Shown: positions 52,214 through 64,000 of the stretch, one piece after another
Layout of the letters: each line of letters begins with the position of its first letter
Numbering within the stretch: position 1 is the first letter of the stretch
NCBI GenBank assembly: GCA_951406725.2
Contig: OX597823.1
Coordinates: forward strand, 117,924,001 to 117,988,000
Length of the DNA: 64,000 nucleotides
Reading direction: 5' to 3'
From: Octopus vulgaris
Taxonomy: Eukaryota
Made by a program: the position numbers and the translations under genes
The notes under the pieces: model-generated
Database searches by the model: none
Told to the model about the DNA's origin: nothing
What the model saw: the letters and a program-made list of their open reading frames with translations, nothing else

Positions 52214-54790
52214 TTTATATTAGAATCAATACAGCTGGCATGACTCGCACTTTCATAATGATTTCATCTGTCATGCTGCTTGTTTATTTACTTGTCTCTC
52301 ATATTAATATCAGATGGGTTTTATTTTGTTATTTTTTAAGGGTTTTCTTTTCTAATTGTAATCGCTTTATTTTCTATACCAATAAATAGTTTGCCTTTTT
52401 CTTTCATGTTGGCCTACATAAGTAAACAGTATGTTCTATAGACAAATCTGTTTTTCGTTTTAGTGATGGTAGCATTGATATTCCTATAGTTACTGATTTA
52501 TATATTCGTTCTTATTTCTTTCCTTTAGCTTGCTTTTTGTGAGTTGCGATAACCAATAAGACAAGAGCTCAGCCTATACATCGAAGGTTCGAACACGTCA
52601 CCAGCACTTTTTTAATATTATTTATTTCTGTTATCCAAAGATAATGCAGTAGATCTAGTTGTATGTGTTGTAGACAGAGTTAACATCTGTTACTACCGGG
52701 AACACAGCATTATCGACGAGTGTAGAATTCAAATTCCTTCATGATCTAGGAAATTACAGCTGATGGATGATGCAATGCGTTTCTCTGAAAATGGATACCC
52801 CTTACCAGGAAGTTAGAGCTAATGACCAATGATAAATATTGTTTAGTGCCTCACTAGTTTCAGTTTCTCAAGCAATGAATTGACAGAATAGTAGCACAGA
52901 GAATAATTTCAATTCCCATCAAGGTCAACTTTACCTTTCAACTTTCCATGGTCTATAAAGTAAGTACCAGCCAAATATTCTTCCCTCAAAATGCTGCCCA
53001 AATTAGAAACAATTGTTTTAAAGCAGTAAGTTGGCAGAATCATTAAAGTGCCAGAATAAATGTTTTTGCTGAATTTCTTCTGTGTAGTTACATTCTGAAT
53101 TTAATTTCTACTGGGGTTAACTTTGCCTCTCATCCTTTCAGGGTCAGTGGGATAAAGTACAAGTGTAACATTGGGTCAGTAGTATCAACCAATCCCCACC
53201 TCTAAAAATTACTAGTATTGTAGAAACCAGTATGATAATATCAGAAAGCACTACAAGAGAATTGGTCTAGAATTTGGTTGAAGGTCCTTGTCTAGAAAAC
53301 CTGGACAAAATTCCCAGCTTTATAGGGTTCCATTATCAAGTTCCATCAGGTCTGGAATAAGGAGGAAGTCAGAAGGCCTGGATGTTATATATTTGGTAGC
53401 ACCAACTATTTCAATGCCTTCCACCCACAACAACAAAGGAAAGCACAAAAACAAATGCTATAACAACTAAACATACATCCAAACACACAAGCTAAGCCCC
53501 CCCCCTCATCAACTTGACTGTTATAAGAAACAGTGACTGCAATTTATTAAAGGAGTCAATAACAATAAAACTTCACAAAAAGGAAATGTTTCAATGAATT
53601 ACTATTGAAAACTCCCCAAAACAGACTTCGAATGCAAACTGACACAACCATATGTATGCATCTGATAAATAAATATACAGCAGACATCGGACTTCTCTGA
53701 AAGAAAAAAAGACAAAAGGCAAAAGCCTTTCCCCACAGCAACCAGAAAACTGAATCAACTCAAAGACCAAAGTGAGTGACCTTCATGCTTGAGATGGGTT
53801 CCACTTTTTCATTTTTCAGCAGACATGGCTACTCTTACAGTGGATTGTGTAAATATACATTTGCTGGGGTCACCAAGGAAGCAAGGCCACTTACTCTATG
53901 TCACTAATATTGCTAACTACATCTATGTGGTAACCAGTAGCAAAATCAGAACCTCTGATGTACATGCACTTACACCAATTTGCAAATTTTCAATGACTAT
54001 GAGATGTACTCATCTCTTGACCTGTCAGAATTGGCCTTTTTTTTTTCCTATTATTCCATTCGGTATATACTCAACTCTAAAGAAGCTTTCAACAATTCTA
54101 AACGAAATGCAGTACTGTTGCTTATCAGCACGTCATTAAATGGCCCCTTTCAAAAAGTATTTCATTCAGAACCCTCGAAATTCTTACTGCAGTCTCCACC
54201 CTTATCTTCTCTGAAGCTAGTTTCCCTGGTCCACAATCAATCACAGAAATATACGACCCTTACCAATAGTGTGTCATATCAACTGCTAGTCACTTGCAGC
54301 TCTCACCCACCATCATCCCTCCCATTCCATGTACACTCAGCTTAGTGGTCAATTGAGTGACTCCAGTCACTTTTCCTAATCACTCACTGAACACTTTCCC
54401 TGGTGACATCAGAGTTAATTTCCTGATCCAATATAAAGTCCTATCTAATTCCCATAGAGTGCATGCCGTGCATTCTCTTGAGCTTCAGGTCCTCAAAGGG
54501 TATAGACACTACAGCTAAATCATCCAGATTCCCAGCAACGTTTTCTCACCTGGTAAAACCATCCATCTTATTCTCTTAGGCCATAAAGCCATTCTCAGCT
54601 TCCAGTTTAATTCAGCAATCAACTTTCTCAGGATTCTCAGATGTCTCTCAACAATCACCTCCACATCTCCTTTTCTTTTAACTCTTTTCCCACAGGTAAT
54701 CACTGAAATACAAATGTAAAGCAAATGATATTGATTATATAACATATAGGAGTGTGTGTGTGTGTGTAATATCTCATGTGTATATATATA

Positions 54791-55186
54791 TCTTTATATA
54801 TAAAAGTAAGGTTGTGTGTCTGTCTCCTACGATTTAGATTCCTAACTACTCCCACATTTTGCAGTGCAGTTTAACCAAAACCGGGTATCTTATAGTCGTG
54901 ATTCATATCGAGCCCTTCTGGGTATTAGCGCGCGTCTACGATGAGTCTACAATTTTAAAAAAAATTTACCCTCATTTTTTCCATTTTAATGCATTTTTTC
55001 GCTATTATATAAGGGAAGTAACTCTCTAAAAATGTCTACGATGAGTCAACGATTTTTAAAAAATTTACCATCATTTTTTTTCCATTTTTAATGCATTTTT
55101 TTGCTACTTTTTGGCTATAACTCTCTAAAAATGCTTATATAGTTATTTCCCTTACAAACCTGAGCAATGCCGGGCGATACTGCTAG
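54791..55186 (+). mobile_element. Non-autonomous Helitron
   Basis: A|TC start, subterminal hairpin CCTGAGCAATGCCGGG (55159-74), CTAG|T end and no TSD. An internal unit of about 100 bp is duplicated. Confidence 0.85.
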
Positions 55187-55222
55187 TATATATATATATA
55201 TAAATGAAGCACATATATATAT

Positions 55223-55455
55223 ACCGCAGTAAACACATAAATGTGAAACAAGGTGGAAAAAAGAGTACTCAAATACCAAGGATAGAGTAATATGCTTTAT
55301 TTAAAAGCAGCAGAAAAATTCAACAAAACCTGTTACTCTGAGTTTCACGTTCCCGTTCGTCGGACAGTTTTTTCTAGCAAAAACTGTCCGACAAACGGGA
55401 ACGTGAAACTCAGAGTAACAGGTTTTGTTGAATTTTCTGCTGCTTTTAAATAAAG

Positions 55456-55458
<3 letters not shown>
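55223..55458. mobile_element. Fold-back Penelope-like element with back-to-back hammerhead motifs
   Basis: Near-perfect inverted arms 55292-55373 and 55379-55458, with AATAAA downstream of each motif. Confidence 0.78.
55330..55367 (-). ncRNA. Minimal type-I hammerhead-like motif (U4C core variant)
   Basis: CTGT-CCGACGA-ACG ggaa CGT-GAA-ACTC a GAGT-A-ACAG: all three stems pair, and the cleavage triplet is GUA. The mirror copy at 55384-55421 (+) has G8A. Confidence 0.65.
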
Positions 55459-55836
<378 letters not shown>

Positions 55837-55923
55837 TGCCTAATAGTGGTTTTATCTCTAATTTAATTTATATTCATATCATCATCATTTAACGTCCATT
55901 TTCCATGCTAGCATGGGTTGGAC

Positions 55924-55985
<62 letters not shown>

Positions 55986-57606
55986 GAATGAGGGGAGAGA
56001 CAGAGACAAAGAGAACTGACATTTATATACACTAACTTGATTGATTGATTGATTCTAGTTTCAGCTTATGAGCTGTGGCCATGCTGGGGCACCGCCATTT
56101 GGTGTTGCTACTTGGTTTCACTTCATGGAGGCTTTCTAGCAACTGCTATTTGGTGCATGAGAGAGTTCGATGCAGCTGCCCTGTATAATATTTCTTACTT
56201 AGTCATCTAACACTCGATAACAGCTGCTCACATTTGAAGGGAAGACACTGACATAATTAGCCATATACTTTCAATTTGATTTATCAGCCACGCCTAATTT
56301 TAACCTTAGGTATGAAACCAACCATGCCCTGATCTCTTTATCTGCATTTACTTACCAAAACAATTTTTTCCCACAACTTTTTAGTCATAATCTAAATAAT
56401 ATTTTGATCCGTCCCTTTAACCCTATATATTTAATGATTTGTTGTTTTTATTGAGAGGTACTATGACATAAAGTTGTTCTGATCCAGTTTTGATCACAAG
56501 TTATATTATTTCACTGTTTTAATATCATTGACGTCCTTAACAATAACATGTACATCACAACATTTTCATTTTCCTTTTCTTAAAAGTCTGAAGCTGAGTG
56601 AAAAAATCAATACAGCATTTCTGAAGTAGCTTATTGATAATAGAGTAAATAACTTTGAACTTTGTATACTTTTTCCTATTTTTGTATTTTTATATCTACA
56701 AGCTTGAACTGCTCCAAATCTAAACACCACCAAATATTAGTTCACTGCTTCTACAACAGGTTGATCCTGCAGACTCTAACTCGGTTATGAGAGTATAATA
56801 TCTCAATACAGCCCACTGTAGTCCTATAGTCTTTTATAATTAGTTTGTCAAAGAGAAACAGAGACAGACAGACAGACAGAGTATCTAAACATGTGCAAAC
56901 CCTACCAAACTGCTCATATCAATTTCATTCACGTTCAGTTTGAACATTTGTAGGACAAGAAAAAATGGCAGGGAGTGAATTTCAGAAGGTTGTAGTTCTC
57001 TCTATTAATGATTGGGAATAGGGAGGTGAGAAAGAACGGGGTGAAACAGAGGGGGGAAGTAGATACATGTCCTTTGCTTGGATTTTGGAGGATGTTGTAT
57101 ACAACTTGCTAGTTCAAAGAATAAACCATTGTCACAGCAATAGAAGAGGTAGGGCAACTGTAGTGATTTGGTGAGTGAACTATTTCATTAAAAAATCTTA
57201 TCTACTTATGAGTCCAGTTTTCGATTTAGCTTTGATGCTCAATTTTCTTGCCATATCAAGCAAAAATCAAGCATCAAAGCGAGAACAGTAAATTGGATTT
57301 ATAGGCAGCTTACCTCTGTACCACTGTCCTTCCTACACCCCATAATATTAAAAAAGTATTTTCTAAGACAATGCTGCCACAACATATACAAATATCCCTA
57401 AATAACATTCAACTGATTAATAAAGACTCACCAACACACAAGAGTTTCATAGCTTCGCCATCCCTATAAATTACTTCAGCAAAAATGCTATATTGATTTC
57501 TAACTTAGCATCAGATTTTAATCAATAAATAAATGAGTAAATATAAAATATAAAATATAAAATATTGTGATCTTCATACTATTCTTAAGAAGCTTGCTGA
57601 TATTAA

Positions 57607-57834
57607 CCCATTAGTGCCCAACTTTTTTTTATTTAATTTATTACCAAAATTCTTTTTTTTATACAACTTTATCTGATACTAAATATATAAAAAAAATTTT
57701 ATTACAATATTTGAAAGATACTCCAGTCTTGATGACTACCTAAAGATATCTCAGAAAAATACAGGTGTTGTAGAAATAAGATGGATTATCCTTCTGTTAA
57801 AAAAAAAAAAAAAGGGACCATGGGCACTAATGGC
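57607..57834. mobile_element. TTAA-flanked MITE
   Basis: TTAA|CCCATTAGTGCCCA...TGGGCACTAATGGC|TTAA. Confidence 0.78.
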
Positions 57835-58278
57835 TTAAGGCAGTGAAATAGTATAACTTGTAATCAAAACTGGGTCAGAGCAGCTTTATGGTACCTGTCA
57901 ATAAAAGCAATTACTAAAAATTGTCATGCTAGAAAGAGAGATCAAAGCATGGTGTGAACTATGGGTAAAGAGGTGAGGGGTGGAATTGTTTCTGTAAATA
58001 ACTATGCATATAGAGATCAAAGTATGGTGGCTTTCATGCCTGGTGTAAAAAATTAGATGTTTCGTTGTTTTTTCATTACTGTTCCTGAGAAAGACAGGAC
58101 TGTCATATAATCCATCCTACTCTTCAATAAATGTGAAGATCTTTATGCAATGCAGAGATTGATATTATTAGGATAAGTATGATATAGACATAAAAAAAAT
58201 GACTAATGCACTTATGTCTTATCCAGTAAATAAGCTTATTATAACCAGACCAAAAACAGAGATGTTAAGAAAAATATA

Positions 58279-59045
58279 TTAGGTCATCTCATAAATAATG
58301 AAGTTTTTTTTATACCTCTTTTATTTTTCAAAATTAAGATAAACAAAGTTCTTTCTTAATCTAAAATATACTTTCCTTCATTTCTTGCAATGCTCTTCCA
58401 TCTATCTGGTAGACTTACCAGGCCCCTCTTCCAAAATTCCCTTGTCCATGATGAAAAATACTCCTTCAGTACTGTTCTGGCCTCATCTACAGAATATTTT
58501 TTCCATTGAAATGATTTTGAAGACTGCGGAATAAATGATAATCAGATGGAGCAATGTCTGGCAAATATGGTGGATGAGGCATCATTTCCCATTCAAGCTG
58601 CTCCGCCTTTGGAATGTCATCCTCACTGTATGTGGCTGGCTGTGTGATTAGACTTGGAAAGTTTATGAAGAGCCCATTGACCCAATTTGCTGACTTTTCC
58701 CATGGCACACAGTTGTTGATGAATGGCTGAATCACCAAATCCAAGGTTCTCTGCTAGTTCCTCTACAGTTACGATGGAATTTTGGTCCACCAGGATTTGC
58801 AGGATGTCCTCATCAAGCTCTACAGATCTTCCAGGACAAGGCTCATTTTCTAGGCTGTAGTTTCTGGTTCGGAATTTCTGGAACCACCATTAACACTGGC
58901 TTACTCTTATTATCCAATCCCCATAGACTGCATTAATATTTCTCGCACTTTCCATTGCATTGTTGCCTTTACTGAACTCATAAAGCAAAATATGCTGAAT
59001 ATGCTCCTTTGTCACTTCCATTGTATCTTTGGAAAAATAACTGTT
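58279..59045 (-). mobile_element. mariner remnant, internally deleted, one TIR
   Basis: From ATG 59021 it reads MEVTKEHIQHILLYEF...WFQKFR...PGRS..., then WEMMPHPPYLPDIAPSDYHLFRSL. The TA|TTAGGTCATC end is at 58279. Confidence 0.85.
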
Positions 59046-60654
59046 ATATTTTAAATGTACTCTATTGAGCTAATATTAAAACTGGGCTACTTGATGAGTA
59101 AATTACTATCTACAAATTTCCACAGGTGCTTAGAAAAAAAAAAGACATTCTTGCTGTCTGGACACAAAATAATCAGTGAAAAACCATTCAATATAAATAA
59201 AGAAATGGAGTGTTGTATCAAATTACAAGAAGACAGAGAACAACAGAATGTCTTCTTGGAAACCTAGTTCCATAAGGTTTATAAATATGTGTCTACACTT
59301 CTGTATGAATTTGTATGGGAACAGAGAAAGTGTGGTATTCCTATTTTCATCAAGAACAAGAGGAAGGAGTGAAAGAGAAAGTGGCAGTTATTCTAAAAGA
59401 GACAGTATTTAAGTTGCTTGGCAGAAGTTATGAGTAGCCTTAGACTCAAACTTCTCTAAGACTATAAGGTGATCATTTTCTTGTCACTGTTGAGAATACT
59501 TTCTATTCATCAAGCATATAAGATCTTATCAAAGGAACTCGAAGGATGCCATACTGGAGAGAGGTTAGCAGGGACTGAAAAACCAATGATTAACAGGGAA
59601 ATATTGGAAAATTGTAAAAGAAAATAAATTTGAAGTTCTGAATCTTAAGCTTGGTGTAGATTTACTGTAAAATGTCTTTGTCAAGCAACAATAAAATCTC
59701 TGGATATCTTCATATAAATAAAGTACACCCAATATTGAAGAGTGTACACCATTATTTTACACTCATTCTTTAGTGGAATGGATAGGTCTTCTTTAGAACA
59801 GCACCTTGCAACTTGGTACAGTCGTTTGTCATCTCCTTCATGAAGTTTAGTTTCCTGATATCAACCATGTCTTTCTTGGTCCTCTATTTCCACAGATTGC
59901 TTCTAATTAGATTACTGTGTTATCTAGTTTTAATAAGCCTGGTTTAATATAAGCATCAAGATCCAAAATTTCCACTGTCATATAGATCTGTTTCAATTAA
60001 GAACAAGGAGAAAGATTTCATCAGGATAGAAAAAACAAGGAGAACAAGGTATCTTGGAAGTTAGAATACACATATGATGGCAGATTAATGCTAGATCTTT
60101 CAGCAGAATTGCTCTGGTAGATTTGACACTAAAAAATTTCGTAGAAGAAGCTCTTTATGCATTCAATGAATGATCATTTTATGCTTGTTTTTGATTTACA
60201 GTTACTATGGATTGTAATCTTGTATACTACAAGCTTTTGTACTGAAATAAACTAATTTAGTAATATATTAATAGCATCATTATTATTGTTATTTTTGTGT
60301 GAGAAAAGCAGGTCATTAGTTAATTAGAGAAGATAGGGCTCTGATATATACAAATATACAAGAATAGGTTTAACTTCTACAGCACAAAAATGTATGTTGG
60401 TATTGCTATATATAGACTTATAAACAGGAAATAGCAGTTTCTGTCATTGAAATACAGTTCATATTTTAGTAATTTTCCTGATTATAAAATTGTTAGCAAT
60501 ACCTTGTAGCAAGGCTCCAACTTAGTTTCGAACCATGGCTCTCAGATTTTCCCAGTTCAGGACCGTGACCCAACATATTACCATAAAAGGAAAAGTGTCA
60601 CCATAAAACACATTCATGTCAACATGAATATGGTTTGATTAATCAACATAGTCG

Positions 60655-61055
60655 TTTACTTGTTTCAGTCATCTGACTGCAGCCATGTTGGAGCACTGCC
60701 TTTAGTCGAGCAAATCGACCCCAGGACTTATTCTTTGTAAACCCAGTACTTATTCTATCGGTTTCTTTTGCTAAACTGCTAAGTTATGGGGATGTAAACA
60801 CACCAGCATCGGTTGTCAAGTGATGTTAGGGGGACAAACACAGACACACAAACATACACACACACACACATATATATATATACATATATACGACGGGTTT
60901 CTTTCAGTTTCCGTCTACCAAATCCACTCACAAGGCTTTGGTCGGCCCAAGGCTATAGTAGAAGACACTTGCCCAAGGTGCCACACAGTGGAACTGAACC
61001 TTGAACCATATGGTTGATAAGCAAGCTACTTACCACACAGTCACTTCTGAGCCTA
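60655..61055 (-). mobile_element. Abundant tRNA-derived SINE, full length
   Basis: Colinear with 43518-43895 and 30785-31195. Confidence 0.85.
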
Positions 61056-62377
61056 GGCTGACTTATTATCGTTGATCCAGTGAACTTCAAAGGTAGAGTA
61101 GGAATTTTCTCACAAACAGTTTGATCAAATGTTCTTGAAAATTTGATTTATGGTTATAAAAATGTGGCAAATTCAATGACAGCTAGAGCCACTCAGCCAC
61201 CCAGACAAAACTGTCATTTTACTCAGTCAGTTCATCTCTCACTCCTTTCCACTTTTTCTTATTTACTATGCTCATGTTGTATTCAACAAAGGCACCAACC
61301 TTAAATTCTAGGGCTGAATAATGCACGTTGATTATATGCAGTAGTTTCAATACCTTTGACTTATTTCATCTTCGGTAACTATGAACTACTTTCATAATAT
61401 TATCTAACAAGTTGTATTTCAGAAGATTATTTGAGAATTATATTCGCTGTTTCTTGAATGTTGTTGTCTTTAATGATTTATATGTTCACATGTAAATATG
61501 AAAACGCGAGTTAGTAAAATATATGCAAAATTAAATTCTAGTGCGATCATCCTTTTCTTCACATGAAGCATACTTAATATTGTGAACTACCAACAAAGAA
61601 TAACGATTGTATAAGTAAAAACATCTTGCAGTATTTAGTCTTTGGCCCCTCTGTTGTCTGAGTTAGATTGTGCCTTCCATCTTTCCGGAGTCGATTAAAT
61701 AATATACCAGCCAAATACCGGAATCGATTCGACAAAGTTTGATGCTGTGTTCCCTCGTTAGGTACAAATATCTGATGGAGACAACTTCAAAATTAGGACC
61801 ATCCAAAGTTACCTCCCTTACCATTATCTTGGTTTAGTTTTGGATACTATTCGACCTTTTCGGATAAGGGGTAAGTAATTAACAACATTATTAGGAAACG
61901 TCAGTCGAAATACCTTGTGATATTTATATCGATTCTAAGTTAAAATCCCGGAAAGGATGAGTATGTCTATTACATAAGTGTTTATAAAATAAAAATATCA
62001 CTCAAATACTCAAGTCGATTTAATCAACTGGCGATGACCAAGATGCAATGATGTCTGATATGATGATAGTTCGCCGGTCAACTTTGACGATGACCAGACA
62101 TATACCAATAAATAAAAAAAGAAGAAAACAAAGAAAAAGATGTTTAAAATTATCATGGATCTTTTTAGTTTAAACTATCTCTTCCGATTTTGATGAAAAT
62201 TTCTACATAAGTGTAGTTTTTCATGCCAATTATGTAAATCACAACTATTTTTTTTGAGAAATTAATAATAAAAAAAAGCCTTTAAAGCTTGAAATATTTT
62301 ATAATTTTAACCAAACAGAATTATCCACTCACGGAATTCCGTCTGGCAGACGATGTTATTTGTATATCTTTCTGAGA

Positions 62378-62622
62378 CCTGTCAAGCCAAGTCAGACCGT
62401 AGTTGTGGCCAATGCTGGTGTCAAGTCAAGGGCACCTGTGTCGGTGGCAGGTAACTAACACCCACTACACTCTTGGAGTGGTTGGCGTTAGAAAGGGCAT
62501 CTTGCTGTAGAAACCTTGCCAAATCAGATCAGAACCTGGTGCAGCTCCCTGGCTTGCCAGTTTTCAGTTAAACCATCCAGGGCATCCCAGCATGGAAAAC
62601 GGACACTAAATGATGATGATGA
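62378..62622 (+). mobile_element. (GAT)n-tailed retroposon
   Basis: Same family as 1815-2033. Confidence 0.75.
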
Positions 62623-62649
62623 CGAGTAACCAATTGAAACTATCTTGGA

Positions 62650-62779
62650 GTTAGGGTTGAGATAAGGATTAAGATTTAGGGTTGGGGCTTAAGGTTAGTT
62701 TCAAGGCTAAAGTTAAAGGTTAGGGTTAGGTTTAGTGTTAGATTTAGGTTGAGGGTTAGGGTTAGGTTTAGGGTTTAAG
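62650..62779 (+). repeat. Degenerate interstitial (TTAGGG)n-like tract
   Basis: GGTTAGGGTTAGGTTTAGTGTTAGATTTAGGTTGAGGGTTAGGGTTAGGTTTAGGG. Confidence 0.7.
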
Positions 62780-62971
62780 TTATCCTAACACTAAACACTT
62801 TACAGAATGTACTGGGTGCATTTTACATGGCACCAGCACTAGAGAGGTAACCATATCCTCAACATGATTAAAGGAACCCCACAATCACATGTTTCTGCTT
62901 GCTCACAAGTCTCTAGAGAGTGACAGGTGTAAGTGTTAGATGCATGAATGACAGTAATTAGAGTGATGAAT

Positions 62972-63186
62972 AAGGCAAGCTGGCAGAAATATTAGCACAC
63001 CAGGTGAAAGGCTTATCAGTATTTTGCCTGTCTTTACGTTCTGAGTTCAAATTCCGCCGAGGTCAACTTTGCCTTTCATCCTTTCAGCGTCGATAAATAA
63101 AGTACCAGTTGCATACTGGGGTCGATCTAATTGACTGGCCCCCTTCTCAAAAATTTTGTGCCTTGTGCCTAGAGTAGAAAAGAATT
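62972..63186 (+). mobile_element. SINE with MetaSINE-like domain
   Basis: GAGTTCAAATTCCGCCGAGGTCAACTTTGCCTTTCATCCTTTC...AAGTACCAG. Decayed relatives lie at ~29320, 47250, 52905-53230 and 61620. Confidence 0.78.
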
Positions 63187-64000
63187 AGAGCGATGAATGA
63201 TAAAGAGTGGAGTGTCAATATTCTGAGATAGATGTGTATGTTCAACACAACATGACTGAGGTGGCAGTGAGAATGGTGGGGGCTATTTGACCCAGGAGAC
63301 AGAGTGATGACAAAGGCCAAGAATGTATGGTAAAGAAGGAGCAAGAGTGTGCTTGGTTATCAGAATGACACAAGTTGATAACATGTAGTATAAGAGTGAA
63401 AGAAGATAGAGTGAACTGGACAAAACACTGGACCATAAATCCACTTACACAGAGTCTACTAGATGAGTTTTGTAAGAGAAAGGAAACTTATATCTTTTCT
63501 AAACATGTTAGTGATGTAAGTAAATTGTAACAGCTATACACAAGGAATGAAAATAGGTTACAAACAGTCCTTTCAGTGACATTCACATCACTTATAGCAA
63601 TGTTTACAAAAAACAGTTATGGCTATTTACAGCAACATTTACAAAAATACTGACAGTTCTTATAAGAACATTTAATGCTGATTACTAACCTTTTAATGCA
63701 TTTCTTCTGCAGTTTCTACTTTTTAATCTCGTCTACATGATAGCAAGACACTAATCATCCACACACTCACTCAAACGCACACACAATGTCTCATTTCTTC
63801 AATTTACTCACTAAGCCAGTGCTTCTCAGTCTTTTAGCTTTTGTGGCACACTGGGTATCAAATAAAAAGTTTCTGATGCACTTTGTATGAAAGCATAGAG
63901 CAAAGACTACTCTTTTATCAAGTTTTAGTTAATATTATGAAAGCCCTTGACACAATGAATAAAATGCCAGGACCCCAACTTAACCAGGATTCTCCTGGTT

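Noticed and set aside
52545-52613. B-box-like GGTTCGAAC followed by T6
   Set aside because: No cloverleaf or A-box could be built.

Overview
AT-rich, repeat-dense animal genomic DNA, most likely octopus or another coleoid cephalopod. This assignment is inferred from the SINE repertoire and microsatellite load and is not proven. One host gene is recognisable: the 5' part of RIC1 (Ric1-Rgp1 Rab6 GEF subunit) on the minus strand. Its coding exons lie at 52071-51931, 4031-3924 and 2826-2738, with a ~47.9-kb first intron, and the gene continues beyond position 1. The rest is mostly transposon debris: Tc1/mariner elements (DD34E IR-DR type, a DD36E type nested in a Gypsy LTR, mariners, MITEs), an internally deleted Gypsy, CR1 and RTE LINE fragments, a non-autonomous Helitron, several tRNA-derived SINE families, a tRNA-Phe pseudogene and microsatellites. 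The most interesting signal is a set of short fold-back (self-inverted) Penelope-like elements carrying back-to-back minimal hammerhead-ribozyme motifs, one per strand. They include core variants: an apparent G3-C8 compensatory swap and a U4C change. All ribozyme folds were read by eye and no activity is demonstrated. Boundaries of decayed repeats are approximate.
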